Part shown: positions 1 to 13,953 of the stretch, one piece after another
Position numbering within the stretch: position 1 is the first letter of the stretch
Layout: every line of letters starts with the position of its first letter
Assembly (NCBI GenBank): GCA_024137785.1
Contig: JAHRHZ010000046.1
Span: 11,770,914 to 11,834,913, forward strand
Direction of reading: 5' to 3'
Length of the DNA: 64,000 nucleotides
From: Ginglymostoma cirratum
Taxonomy: Eukaryota
Notes under the pieces: generated by a model
The model's input: only the letters and a program-made list of their open reading frames with translations
Database searches by the model: none
What the model was told of the DNA's origin: nothing
Made by a program: the position numbers and the translations under genes

Positions 1-174
1 CCCCCTCTCTCCCTATTTATTTCAGAACCCTCTTCCCCTCCCCCATTTCTGATGAAGGGTTTAGGCCCGAAACGTCAAGTTTTCCTGCTCCTATGATGCT
101 GCTTGACCTGCTGTGTTCATCCAGCCCCATGCTTGTTATCTCGGATTCTCCAGCATCTGCAGTACCTTTTATCT
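1..174 (+). mobile_element. Penelope-derived short element, family A (3' end with tail; runs off the window start)
   Basis: Shares ctgatgaagggtttaggcccgaaacgtcaagttttcctgctcc...ttgttatctc plus the tail ggattctccagcatctgcagtacc with several other copies in this window. Confidence 0.8.
49..76 (+). ncRNA. Minimal hammerhead-ribozyme-like core (putative)
   Basis: CTGATGA-A-GGGT-TTAG-GCCC-GAAA-CG-TC: both catalytic boxes, a 4-bp stem II, palindromic ACGT in place of stem III, and a GUC triplet. Stem I is weak. Confidence 0.65.
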
Positions 175-1302
175 AGGATACAGCATTGATCGTTCGTGAA
201 GTGACTGATAACGGCAGGGTGCTTTTTCAAGTCGCCAAAGTGACAGAATGCGATTTCAAGCAGCCAAAGTGTCTGGCTTGAACAGAAGGTCGCTGACCTG
301 GCCACTTCAGTATAAACAGAAGTTTTCATACCTTTATAGAAGTTTCACCCTCTGAGAGAAGTTTCATCCCCTGACAGAATTACAGATGTCTCGCACCTTT
401 ACAAACGTTTCCCACCCAATCCTACTCAGGCAGGAAGTTTAAGACAGTTTCCACATACCCCTGTGTAGGAAGATAAGGAGCATAACAAACCCATTAACAC
501 CTCACTAGAAGCCTATATGTAAACATCTTGCTGGGGGAATCATAAACAATGAAGTTGATATCTCCAAGTTAGCCAAAGTTCCTGCTATATTTTGCATCAT
601 CCTCTATGCTTAGTCATTGCAACTTTGGTTTTAAATGTTTCTTGCTGGGTTTAACTTTGTCTCGTGACCCCTGAGTCATTGAATAAATTAATGACCGTAC
701 ACACAGATAGAGACCTTGTGTCCTGTTGCATTTGTTTCGTAGCAAACTTTCTGCATGTCTTCTTTTGTCGTGCTAAAGCTTTCACCCTGTGGTGGTGTTG
801 TGATGAAAGGTTAAGATTTAAGATAAGCAGGTCAAACCAATTTTGAATTATTTGCAGCTTCATAGTTGTTCTGTCTCCTTTATCAAAATAATGTTAAAAC
901 ACGTTTGTTATTGTATGTCCACCTGAAATAAGAATGGTTCATTAAGCAGTAAGCCAACTTTGGATGTCCGTCATTGTTGAAGCCATGATACATGTAGATC
1001 CTGTCGGAAGATGATTTTTACTTTTCTTTCTGAAATATTGCTGTGAAGTCATGAGTGACTTCTTGCTCTTAGCATAATCACAGAGAGGTATATAACTTAC
1101 ATGTCGATTTACCTTGAGACTGACCATTGAGTATTGAAAAACTGAATATTAAACACAGCATCTCATTGACTAGGAATGGAGTGATAAAATTTGAATTGCA
1201 CTGTTGAGATTAGAGTTTACCCTCAGGTAATTATTGTCTCCATCAGTTTTCTTCTCATCTGTAGTGGAGCACTCTTGTGTAATAACAATAGGCGATTTAG
1301 TT

Positions 1303-1394
1303 CTGATGAAGGGTTTAGGCCCGAAACGTCAAGTTTTCCTGCTCCTATGATGCTGCTTGACCTGCTGTGTTCATCCAGCCCCATGCTTGTTATC
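1303..1394 (+). mobile_element. Penelope-derived family A insertion, tail-less, with putative hammerhead core at 1303..1330
   Basis: Identical by eye to 49..140; flanked by ttagtt at 1297..1302 and 1395..1400 (candidate 6-bp TSD). Confidence 0.8.
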
Positions 1395-1684
1395 TTAGTT
1401 TGAGTTTCCTGCCATTGTACTTGCTTGGATATACCCAAATTTGATAATTTAAATTTGTTGCCCTCTCCCCACATCTGAAGTTAAGATTTTATCTGTGGAT
1501 TAACATGTAATCTTTTTTGAAGTGCAAAAATTTGAAAATGAATAAAATGCAGCATGGTCCGATAAATATATGTTGTGCAATTGTACACTGATCTTGTGAT
1601 ATTACAGCGTGGAGGACTGCTATCTGTCTGAATTTTTGAAAAAATAAAGTGAAGTCTAAGTTTCATTTTTAGTTAAATGAAATG

Positions 1685-1822
1685 ACAATCCTCGCAGGGA
1701 CTTGAGAGTTGTTGGGGGAGGCAGACAGGAAAGTGGCGTTGAGACCAGCCATGATCTGAACAAATGACAAAGCAGATTTTAAAGGGTAGAATAGTAGCCG
1801 ACTCTTAGGTATCATGTTCCTT
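1685..1822 (+). mobile_element. Decayed CR1 LINE 3' end
   Basis: caggaaagtggcgttgagaccagccatgatctgaacaaatg... resembles the 3' UTR of the better-preserved CR1 at 61880..61966. Confidence 0.55.
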
Positions 1823-2099
1823 TGAGCAGATGCACTGATTTGGATTTTGTCTTGGTTTGAACATTTCACAAGTCGACTATTGTAAAACAGAAAATTATAC
1901 CTTCCCATCCATTAAGAAATGGAACGGTAAAATTTGCAGTAACTGTAGCGTTGACCATGTATGGCCCACATCCCTTGACTGATAAATCATTAATTCTTTG
2001 TGTTGAACACCATGTGGGGGAAGCTTTGAGGGTAGCAAGGGTGCAAAATGTGCTCGGTGGGTGACTTCAATATCCATTACCAAGAGTGGCCACTGCTGA

Positions 2100-3420
2100 C
2101 CGAGCTAGTCAAGTTCTAAAGTACCTGCTAGACTGGGTTTGTGGCAGATTGTGAGCAAATCAACTAGAAGGGAAAATCATATTTTACCTCCATCCTCACC
2201 AAATTGCCTGACTCCAGTGCATCTGTCCATAACAGTACCAGTAAGAGTGACCACTGGTCACTCCTTGTGGAGATGCAGCCCTGTCTTCACTTTGAGCGTA
2301 CCCTCCATCATGTTGGCATTATCACCATGCTGAATGGGATAGACTTAATACAGGTCCAGTAACTCAAGACTGGGCCATCAGCAGTACACAGTTGTACTCT
2401 GGTACCATCCTGGTGGTGGGGGAGGGGGAAGCTGGGTGGAAGGAAGAACGTCTCCACGGGTTGGTTTCATACATAGCGTAAATGAAGGTGATGATGTTTG
2501 TTGGAGGTCAGGCATCCCGGTCCCAGGACATCTCTGCAGGCATTCCACCACATAGTGTCCTAGACCCAACCATCTTCATCTACTTGCGTCCTTCCATCAT
2601 TTTTTCCAAGTGGGGATATGCGTTGATGATTATACGATGTTCAGCAACATGACCAATAGCTCATATTGAAACCTTCCATGTCCACATGCCCCATGCCCTA
2701 TGACCTGGACAAAATCCAGGTTAGGCTGACAAGGGTCAAGTGCCCCACAAATGCTAGACCATGAGCATCTCTGCCGAGAGAGGTTCTGGGGTTATCATTG
2801 ACCAGAAACTGAAGTGGATGAGCCATATACTCGTGGCTACAGGTATAGGTCAGAGGATAGGAATACTGTCTGCAGCAAATAACACACGACCTGACTCTCT
2901 CCATCCCATGCAAGGGAGGGGTAAGGAGAGTGGCAGAACACTCCCCACTTGACTGAAAGGGTGCAGCTTCAACAGCACTCGCTGCTAGTACCAAAGCAGC
3001 ATGTTTGCTGGCACCATGTCCCTTCTTTTTTGTTTTTGCTCTCTCTGCCAGCATCATTCAGCAACTGTTTCTGTCACCTAGAGGACGTACTGCAGGAATC
3101 CACCAATGCTGCTTTGCCAGCACCTTCCAAACTCTCACCTATTACCATCAAAAAGGACAAAAGCCGTGGATAAATAGGAACATGACCCACTTTCTAGTTG
3201 CTCTTCAAGCAACTCATCATTCTGACTTGGAAATATGTTGTTTTTCCTTCAATGTCCCTGGGTCAAAATCCTGGAACTCCTCCCACGGTAGTGTGGCTGT
3301 ACCTGCACTGAATGGACTGCAGCAGTTGGAGAAGTTAGGTTACCCCACCACCTTACAGGTAACAACAAATGCTGGCCCACCCACGGATGCTCACACCCCA
3401 TGAATGAGTTTAAAAACAAA
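2100..3420 (+). mobile_element. Decayed CR1/L2-group non-LTR retrotransposon fragments with 3' end
   Basis: Degenerate RT C-terminal motifs (VDD, DLDKIQ..ADK, GVIIDQKLKWMSHI..GQRIGIL); ends gatgctcacaccccatgaatgagtttaaaaacaaa. Exact clade uncertain. Confidence 0.65.
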
Positions 3421-3888
3421 ATATTTTGATTTTGAGCCTTCCTGTCGGCAGTGCGTTTCACTGGTTGACTTCAATGTTTGTCAGTATATGTGATATGTTA
3501 AACTAGAGGCAAGTGTAGGGGATCAGCGTGTCTGAGACTGTCTTCCAGATTTGCAACAATTGTTGTTAAATTTGTAGGCCATCTTGTCTACTGGCCCAAA
3601 AAGCTGATTACTATGTCTGAGTTTTTTTTGCTGTATACAGCTTAGTGATGTCCACTTATGTCTGCGAAAGTAAATGTTAATGCTTTTTATTCTTGACTCA
3701 AATATGTTTCCAGCATCTTCTGTTTTTCTTGGTTAATATGTGCAAGGTTGCGAATTTGGCAACTTTTACTTCAAAAGTTTCAGAATCAAATTCTCTTGTG
3801 ATTTTGGTTAAACATTACACAATTAAGGCACTATAGATATCTTGATCTCGATACTTAACGCATCTTCTACATGTGAAGAAATGGTTAA

Positions 3889-4143
<255 letters not shown>

Positions 4144-4359
4144 TAATTCCTTTAAAGCTGTTGCACATTATGGAAGTTTCGTGAATGTATATTCTATGTT
4201 TTAGTTGCAGTAAAGGGCACAATGCTTTATTTGGAATGTGCTCGATCCTATTCTTAATGTTGGCAGTAAGTACTTCAGGGTTACAATACATTTGTAGTGA
4301 TGCATATAAACCTAAATCTATGAACTGTTGGTTCAGTGTGACTTCTTAACTTGAAAACC

Positions 4360-4900
4360 TTTCTGTACAAGGCACTAGTCAGACTACATACAACAGTGTG
4401 GCCACTTTTAGTCCCCTTATTTAAGGCAACACATGTTGGCATTGAAGGCATTCCAGTTCACTAGATTGATTTGTATATGTACGTGGAACGGTTCAGTATG
4501 TTGGGCTTGGGCTTGGGCTTGTACTTGTTGGTGTTTAGAAGAGTGAAAGAAGACCCAATTGAAATGTAAGCTTCTTAGTAAGTTTGAGAGGGTAGATGTG
4601 GAGAGGTTGTTCCCCCTTGTGCTCAAGTCTAGGATCAGAAGACATAATCTGATAAAGCGGTTACCAATTTAAGACGAATGAGGACTTTTTTTTTCTCGTA
4701 AGGATGGGGAATCTGTGGAATTCTTTACTGCAGAGGACTGGTCTTTGGGTATATTTAACATTGGAATAAATTTTTGATCAGTAAAGGAATCAAAGGTTAT
4801 GGAGCCAAGGCAAGAAAGTGGATCTTTCGGTGATTAGATCAACCATGGCCTAAGTGACAAGGCACATTTGATGGGCCATCTCACTCACTTTGGTTTTGTC
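4360..4900 (+). mobile_element. Decayed CR1 LINE 3' fragment
   Basis: LYKALVR..SPYLR..LALK-like remnants and gggaatctgtggaattcttt; colinear with 61380..61950. Confidence 0.75.
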
Positions 4901-7900
4901 TGAATGTTTCTTTTACATGTTGAGTTTGTCTAATGGCAACTTGAAGCCCATTGCGTGAAATGGCTAGATAGAAATCACTTTAATTTCCTCCATTTATGTT
5001 TTGGATACATTGAGGGGGAAAAGATTATACTCCATACATTGGCTGAGTGTAAAGAACTTGCCAAGTATAGCATTGTGCATTTCCAAATCTCAATTCTTTC
5101 TAAGTGGTTGGTCCTCCAACTATCTTCGTTTGCACTCTGGAACACCACTTGTGAACCTCCGCCTTGCCATTGCTACGTAAAATATTTAATATTAAATGCA
5201 CCTAAAGTGCTGTGCAATCAATGAGTAGTCTCAATCCAATTTCCTGAAAGTGCAGGTCCATTTGAATACTAATTTTATACCAGCACTTGTACCTGACTGT
5301 GCTCCTGACGGCAGATGAAAGGTTTTTTGTTCGGTTATGATTTTGAAAGTTTGAAATGGGATTGTGAAAAGGACAAAAAGTTGTTTCTTTTTTTGTCAAG
5401 ACTAAATGTATCTTGTTTCGTGATTATAAACTTGTTCTCTAAGCATTGTGTATTTCTACCCTGCTGCAAGCTTTGAGCTGACTATACAATTTTTCATTGT
5501 GTTTTACAGACGCAACCTTTTGTGTTAACTTTGGTTTAAAAATGAGCGGCTGTGTAGTTCAGATAAATTCAGTTCTCCACAAGGTAAACTGGGTGTGGCT
5601 GGAGATGATGGGAGTTAAATAAGGTGGTATAGCATGTGTAGGACTTGGTAGGTCAGTCTCAAAACAGATGTTGGCAAATGAATTGGGTCATAGGTCATTA
5701 AATTGCAGAAATTTTATCATGGCGCCAAAGATGCATAATTAATTTTGAGAGCACCATTTGTGTTGTGAGGAAGGTTGTCTTGCCTAAACTACTTTGGTCC
5801 AGAGGTATGCATTTAAATTCCACGTGCATTAATGATATCCTGCTCTGTCTCATCTCCATTTTAAAGTACTTCACTGCCTCTGTCGTCGGCCTGCTCGTGC
5901 TTAATGCAATTTACAAATTGCAGTTATCTTCAGTCACTGGCAAAAACACTGGTCATTCTCCTCATCCACATTTCCAGTCACTACTGTGGGCAGAAGTAAT
6001 GCATTCACGTCCTTGGCTTCTCATTTTCCTTGAGTGGAGCTTCTAACCCATATCTCCTCATCACAGAGACCACTTAATTCTGCCAACATTTACATTTGCC
6101 ATAAATTCCACTATTGCATTGCTGTTCCATCTTCCTCTATACACCTTAAGCTCATGCAAAATTCTGCTGTCTATACTGTAGCTTGGTATCAAGTTCTACC
6201 CTCAATTTTGGATTGCATTTTTAAGTTGGGGAAATTTGTGCTTACCCTATCTTTGATTTTTTTTCATGTATTTCAGTTTGTCAGGGAAAAGCAATAAATT
6301 GTATCTTCAAATTGAAAATATGTAGTAATTACTTGATTTTGGGTGTAAAAACAGCATTAAGGATACCATTTTGGGACCACGAGAAATGATTGCAGATGTA
6401 TTTCTTAGATAAAAATATTTTCTAATCAGTCTATTCAGAGATGTTATGAGACACCTTGGAGCTGTGAATCTAAAGTAGTGCAATTTTCCACAGTTAATCA
6501 ATTAGAAAGTTCAGAAAATAGTGAAATTGAAAACATTTGCACTTTAAAAACTGTGAAACATTTCAGCCCTCTGGAATGAAATATGGTCAACTTAATGTTT
6601 ATTAGTGTTGAGATCCCTTCGTGTGATGTATAATGCACAATGTACCAAGGTCCACTGGCATTTTGTAAAAGTACCACATACTGTTGTGCGTATCAATAAT
6701 TTATGTTTCATCATTTTGAAATATTTGCAGTATATACTGAGCAGAGAAGGTTTCCTTAGGACGTCAGCACCTTTTAGGTATTCTTTGTTTGGAGCTAAGT
6801 TTTTTTTTAATACTTACAGACAGAAGAACTGAGCTGTAGCTGCACTCAAAAGTATATATGAAGCATTCCAAGTGTAGTAATGATTTGTTTTGTGCGTTAT
6901 GCTGTTTTGTCCTGCCTTCAGGTATTGGTGGGCATTTGAATGATGAAGTAGCTGGAGATGAGATGACCTGTTTGAATGCATTTGTTAATGTTGATTCGTG
7001 GTATGGAGGGTCTCTTGCATCTATTTAAAAATCCTGTGTTCTCGGTAATGATTTGAGTGAAATGACCCCTGCATTCTATTCACAGTCAGTCTGTCTCCCA
7101 GTGTGTACAATACAGATTATGAATATCATGAATTTACATGATACCATACAGACATGGTACAGTCTGTACCATGTAATGTGTGCACAAGACAGTAGATAAT
7201 CAACTGAGATTCTGAGTACTCTGTACAAGCTTCTTTTTTGGAGTGATTCTGTTTTCTTTAATTTTAATTTGCATGAACCTTGATGTAAGTTTGGAGGCGG
7301 TACAAACATGGTTGAACAAAGTGGGAGGTCCCTTCAGTGGTTGAGCAGAATTTGGGTGTGCTCCGGTATAATGGTCATAATATAATGGTCCAATCTCTCA
7401 TTCACGACACCACAGTCTTCCCAATGTCTTCCATGGGGCATTTGATGAAACAGCAAGCAGAATGACCATTTAGTCTTTTTGCACAGACTCTCGTGTAGCA
7501 GGAGTTGAGCCTTATTGAACTGTCACTTTGGCTATAGCTTTTTAAATGGGATACAAAGCTGTCAGCAGTCAGTTGGGCAACCACTACTACTTTGAAGCTC
7601 ATGACCCCAAAATCCTGTTTGCTGGCCTGCAGTGGAGTTGCAGCAGTTTGGGAAGCCCTGACCTTGATAACCAGCCCAACCAAACATTACTAATCAAATG
7701 GGTTAACAGAGAAAATTTGTCTTCAATGGTGGCGAACTAACTGAATCACTGATGTTTTTCTGGCAAAATTGCTTTTTGCTGTTATTTGCCTTTGAGTGAC
7801 TGTAATTTCTGCGCAAAACAGTCAGACAAAATATGAAGTGCAGAAAAAAATTGATACAATGCGCATGTTAAATCCCCTAAACTCTTTCAAAAGTCCTAAC

Positions 7901-9297
7901 TTTGACTCAGATTGCACAGCATTATCTGCCAAAAGCAGACCCTTGGTTCTGAATGTGCATAGTTGATCTAAAGGGGGTCAGTAACAATTAGAGTTCAAAA
8001 ATATAAGTAAGGTCCAGTTTATGTACAATTGTTAAGTAGATTGTGTTTGATTTTTAATAAAAGCCGCACTTTCAAGTGAAATTTCAAGTGAGTATGTGGT
8101 CTGTAATTAGTGAAGTTGAACACTTGCACCTGTTATAGCTTTAGTTCCTTTTGTTTTTCAATTCTGTTGTCTTCCCGCTGGAAGAATCTGCTTATTTTGT
8201 CTTTTAGTCTGAGGTAGAAACTAAATTTAAATATGTATGAACAAAAGGAAATTGGAACTATTTTTGCTCTATGAAGTATATTAAGCTGAGGGGCATGGAA
8301 ACTGGATACTAACTTGTCCCTTCCCTTTTTTTGAAGAAGTTTTACAGATTCATTTTCCAATCAGGATTCAAGCATGACAACACTAATATCAGGTTTAAAC
8401 TAAGCAAATGTAAATGTTGTAATTGTTGACAACGATCAAATGTCAACCGCACAATCCAGCTGTTTCTTCCCTAAATATTACTATATCAGGATCCTTGTGT
8501 TTCCTCCTCCAGGTTGTCTGACCCGAAAGCTACTGTTAAGCAAAACTCTGATTCCTTCTCACAGTTGAGTTGAACACCCCATCTTCTCCCTGCAGTTGTG
8601 CTGACCAGTAGGTTTCCAGACTGGAGTGCAACTCTGCATACCCACTTCACCCATGTTGTGATATCTAATTGTCAAACAAGGTGAAGGTTGCCCAGTGCAG
8701 CCAAAGCCTATGCCATGCCTTCCTCATCATTTCTAAATACTTGGACATGCGATCAACTACGTACATTTTCTATTGATGACTTTTATGTGATTGAACAGGA
8801 ATGCATCCTCGAACAAGTCACGTTCTTGAGATTGAATTGATAGTCATTTCATAGCTTCTTTAACAATTGTGTATCTGCTTATTATGATGTTGTATATTTC
8901 TAGCAATAGATAGGATTGAAAACATTAAGTGGCTGCAGCTCTTTTTAATGAAAATGAAAGAAATTAAGTCAACAAGACTTATCTCACAGTTGACTTAACA
9001 CTAGCTGTATACTGTGTTTTTGTAATTTGCCTATTTGTTCACCAGTTCTAAATTAGTTCATCTAGTGCAAGTCCCTTGATATTATAGATTTTCAACCTTA
9101 GTAATAGTGCTGTGAGCCATTGCCCAAGTCCTTGGAAATTCAAAATATTTTATCCGAGCAGGTTCTTTTGACAGCTGTGCTCCTAGAGGAGTTATGTGGC
9201 TTGGTAATTCTGAAATGTTATTATGTAGCTGAGCAATTTTGCTGTCTTTTTGTTTTGTGGGGCAAGAGCAGAGCATTGTCATAATCGGTGTTGTTAA

Positions 9298-9540
<243 letters not shown>

Positions 9541-10099
9541 TAAGTGGTAACATGTCAAGACCTTCATGGCCGAGCTTGTTGATTGCTTCCGTAGTTAGTT
9601 ATAGTCAGTAACCTGAAGTTTTGTGTGTCTAATCAATTAATTTGTGATCACGGCTAATGAATAGGTGATCTAATTAAGGAATTTTAGTGTGAAAGGTCAT
9701 CTGAGTACCTTTATTACATAATTAAAGTAATTTTTGGTAACTACTGTGTTGAATATCTGGTTTTGTTGACAAGTTTTTGCAATGGACTCGGGTCACTTAT
9801 CTCTCTTGCTGTTTGATAGATGGATGAGAATTTTAACTGAAGAAACAAAACATAGTATCAGAAATGATGCAACCATATAATCTGATTGTGGAAAATAGTC
9901 TTGGGTCTTAATCTCCATCTGAGCAAATGAGGGAAACCAAAGTGGAAGTTGCAGAATAGAACCTGTAATGGATTTTAGAAATATTTTTAAAGTGAAAGAT
10001 ATAGGGATAGGATGTTGGAATGGGATGTGTGGATAACTTTCCGAAGTGCCAAATGCGCTTGCTGTCAAATGGTCATTCTCCTCTTATCTTCTATGAAGC

Positions 10100-10432
10100 T
10101 CAGAATCTCTACAGTGCAGAAAGTGGCCATTTGGCCTATTGGTCTGCACTGACCCTGCAAAGAGCATTCCATCCGGATCCACTCCAACACCATGTCTGTA
10201 ATTCTGCATGGGGTTTTATTTTACGGTTAACCCGCATTATCTGCACATTCCTGGACACGATGGGACTGTTTTTTTAGTACGGTGAATCCACGTAACCGAA
10301 ATATCTTCGGACTAGGGGAGGAAACGCACGTAGACAGGTTGGGAGTGTGTTCAAACTCGAAACAGTTGCCCCAGGCTAGAATGGAACCTGGGTCCCTGGT
10401 GCTTCTAGGCAGCAGCGAGTTGTCACTGCTGT
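10100..10432 (-). mobile_element. HE1/V-SINE-like tRNA-derived SINE, decayed
   Basis: Colinear with 63635..63962 (agaatctctacagtgcagaaagtggccatt...gaacctgggtccctggtgc). Confidence 0.75.
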
Positions 10433-11459
10433 CCTGAAGGTGGATTCCGTTTGTGTGCTTTCCTTAAAAAAAAAATTCAAACTCATTTCATACGTTGAGC
10501 AATGTTTATATTCTGTGAGCTGTGATTTGGACGCAGCACACGTCAATATATAATTCAGTGTCTGTGCAACTACTCCAGATAAATGCTTGCGATTTTATGT
10601 CAAGAAAATTAGCGCATTGGGTTTCATGAGTTATTGGGGTTGCATTATGACCAGTACAGGTATACTGCTTGCATTGAAGCTAGTGTTTAAGTTTCTGATA
10701 TGAAAAGTACGAATTTACACCTAAATGCCTTTCATTACAGTTCATTGGCTTCAATGCACAAATGTGGATAATATTCAAGAAGGGTCAGTTGTAGACGTCA
10801 TGTAATAGAGTAGTGGAAACTATTAGCTCTCGTTTTTGAGCACGTAATCTACACTGACATTTTGCGGTACTCCTGCATTGTGAGAGATGGTATCTTTTAG
10901 ATGTCGTGTTAAAAGATCTGTCTCTTCTGGATGACTTGAGCCTTTTGCAAATTACATGATACTGTTGAGTTCCGAGTATTCTACGTTGAAATTTCCGTAA
11001 ACTAATGTAAGTAGAAATTGTCCTTTTTTTTGCTATTGTGCGATAGTCTGTATGCAGATAACGGCCCATCTAATTAATTGTGCTTTGAAATATTTTTAAT
11101 GTGAATTACTACAGGCTGTTAGTGGCCTGATGTGGATGGACATCAGTTATTTATTTTTCCCTTTGAATTGGTAGCCATGCTGATTTGCTTTTTTTTTCAT
11201 ATGTATCTGCTTGGATTTCCCTTGAATACTGTGGAGCAGTGACTATACGCACAGGCTAATTAGCAATCTGGACTGCAGTGAGAATGCTTCCTCCATGGCC
11301 AGAACTGTCTTTAACCACCGTTGAGGGTGGTATAATGATTTTTTTCATAGAGATATTTCATTTTGTCTCCTAGATATTTTCTAATCAACCAGCCCAGAGA
11401 TGTTATGACACACTTTTGAACAGATGGGACTTGAACAGGGCCCACTTGTAGCCTCGAGG

Positions 11460-11797
11460 CCCAGGCTAGTGCTTTGGGGTCAGAACTTCAAGTCCCACTA
11501 CAGTGGGTAGAATTTAAAATTAGTTAATAAAATCTAGAATTGAAGCCCAGTCTCAGTAATGCCAAATGTGAAGCTGTCATTGTTGTAAAAGGCCATCTGG
11601 TTTGTGTATGTTGTTGAGGGTAAGAAATCTGTCATTATTACCAATTCTGGGCTAGATGTGATCCTGATCCACAGTGATGTGGTTGACTGTTAACTGCCCT
11701 CTGAAGTTGGCGAGGAAGTCACTTAGTTTAAAGGCAGTTGAGAATGAACAACAAATGTTGGTCTTGCCAATGACTCTGACATTCCTTGAAAGAAATT
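11460..11797 (+). mobile_element. Second SINE family, decayed copy
   Basis: Colinear with 50535..50893 (gtagaattt..aataaaatctagaatt, ccatctggtt, gttgactgttaactgccctc, aaatgttggtcttgcca). Confidence 0.6.
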
Positions 11798-12929
11798 AAC
11801 TTTTGCAGTGTTAAGTCATAAATATCGTTGATCGAACAGATGTTTTCTGATAATTTAAAAGCTGGAGCTCTGGTCTGCTTCAGCCTGTACTAGATGTGAC
11901 AGTTTTGTCAGTAAGTTAAGGGCGGTCATTCATTATGCAAGTTGTTTGAAGTATGCAATGCTTGCTTGTTAACCAGTACCATTTTGTCTTGAATTGAGGA
12001 CCAATGCAGTAAACTAAAATGTATTTCATCGTAAGGATGAAAAGAAACTACAAGTACAACAAATCCAAGATAGCTACTTGTTTGGTAAAATAAAAACAAG
12101 TACAAATACTGGAAACTTGAATTAAATATAGAAAATTACTGGTGCAAATCAGGTTTGGGATATAACTACTGGCACCCTGGCATTAAAAAATTATAAGAGG
12201 TTTTGATAATGCACCGGGAGAAAATGGCAGAAAGGTGAAAAATCAAAGGTACAAATTTAAGGTATTTGGGGAGAGGACCAATGAAAAATTTGTTTTTAAA
12301 GCTGAGAGCAATGCTGTAATGAATGCGGAAGAAAATTCAAGGAGGGAAATCAGAGATGCATTGAACGGAAGTTTACAGAACTATTAACCAGCGGTCAGGC
12401 ATGGGTTCTAATTTTATATTCCTTTTCAAGAACTAGCATAAGTGTATTAATATGGATGACCTGTTTCTGTGCTGCATGATTCTGTGTGCATTTCTATGGT
12501 GGTAACTCTCTGGGAGATTGGAGGTAAGTTAAGTGAGAGAGTGTTCAGCTGATGAGAATTTGAGTCCTAGCTGCGTATGATGGTGGATGCAGATTCCTTC
12601 AAAAAATTCCTCGAATGAAGTAGCTCGAGACTTCGTGACGTGAGTTGGATATGTAGAGGGAGTAGAAGTCGAAAGTGCGAAGAAGTTGGTACTGGCAGTG
12701 AAATGTGAAATCTGCTGTGGGCCACAGATATGAGACTGAATAAGGAGAAAAGATGGTCCCTAGCTGACGAAAATAATTGAATTGGATATGAAAAAAATAA
12801 TGAACGTTGATTTTTATTTTTGTTTGGGGTTAGTCCTGTGTTGCAACAAAGTGCTGAAACTGTTGTGAGTTGAGATCCTTGCTCATTTCCACCCCCATTC
12901 CCCTCAGGACTAAGTGCAGATGATGTTGA

Positions 12930-13728
12930 TACAAAATCTGACTGAAAAATGTGACCGGAAGCCTCCCCATTGGTTCCACATGGATCAGTGAGCCCTTGTT
13001 GGTAGTATATATAAATGAGTTAAACTTGAGTGTAGGCATGAAGATTTAATAATTTTGCGGATGATACCAAAATTGGTAGAGTGCTAAGTAGTGAGGAGGA
13101 TAACGTCAGATTAGAAGAGGATATACACCGGTGGGTTGATCAGTGGCAAATGGCATTCAGTCTGGATAAATGCGATGCATATAAGCAGGACAGGAGGCCA
13201 TAAAATCAAATGAGAATAAATAATGAATGATAGGACTGCAGAAAGCATCACAGATCAGAGGGACCTTGGTATGCATAACCACCGGCCCTTTAAGGTAGCA
13301 AGGCAGGTAGATACGGTGGTTAGGAAGACACATGGGAAACTTGCCTGTATAAGTAGAGGCGCAGAATTTTAAGAGCAGCGAGTTTACGGTGGAACTGTTG
13401 GCCAAGCTGGTTAGGCCACAGCTGGAGTCTTGTCTGTCCAGTGGGCCTTAGATTTAATGTAACCGACAGAAAGTTTTTAGAGGTAATGTGAGGAAAAAGA
13501 TCTCCATTGAGAGGACGTTGGGAATCTGGAGCTGAATGTAGGTGTGGCTGGTCGAGGCAGGTACCTTGTATTATTTAAGTGTTTAGATATACCCTTGCGA
13601 TGCCAAGGCATACAAAGATGTGGGCCAAGTGCTGGAAAATGGGATTGGAGCAGTAAGATTGTTGTTGTTTGGTGCATACTAGGTGGGCCAAAGGGCTTTT
13701 CCCTGTGCTGTAGACTTCTGTGATTCTA
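12930..13728 (+). mobile_element. Decayed CR1 LINE (RT to 3' end, internally deleted)
   Basis: ttt gcg gat gat acc aaa att ggt = FADDTKIG RT motif; WQMAFSLDKC; tail ttctgtgattcta. Confidence 0.85.
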
Positions 13729-13830
13729 AAATGAATAACTCTTTTCTAGATGACAACTATACTTGGAGCATTTTCCACTTTGTACTGTCAGTGTTTTTTT
13801 GAATGGAGGTAGTTAATCCCTTAATAATGA

Positions 13831-13953
<123 letters not shown>

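Noticed and set aside
318-381. Three 19-20 nt units starting agaagttt, superficially CRISPR-like
   Set aside because: Short degenerate tandem repeat with no repeat-spacer structure, in a vertebrate intron with no cas genes.
4501-4521. (TTGGGC)3 telomere-like repeat
   Set aside because: Not TTAGGG; a local slippage expansion inside a CR1 fragment.
6938-7020. Possible C/D-box snoRNA (ATGATGA C box)
   Set aside because: No D box (CTGA) at a suitable distance and no terminal stem seen.
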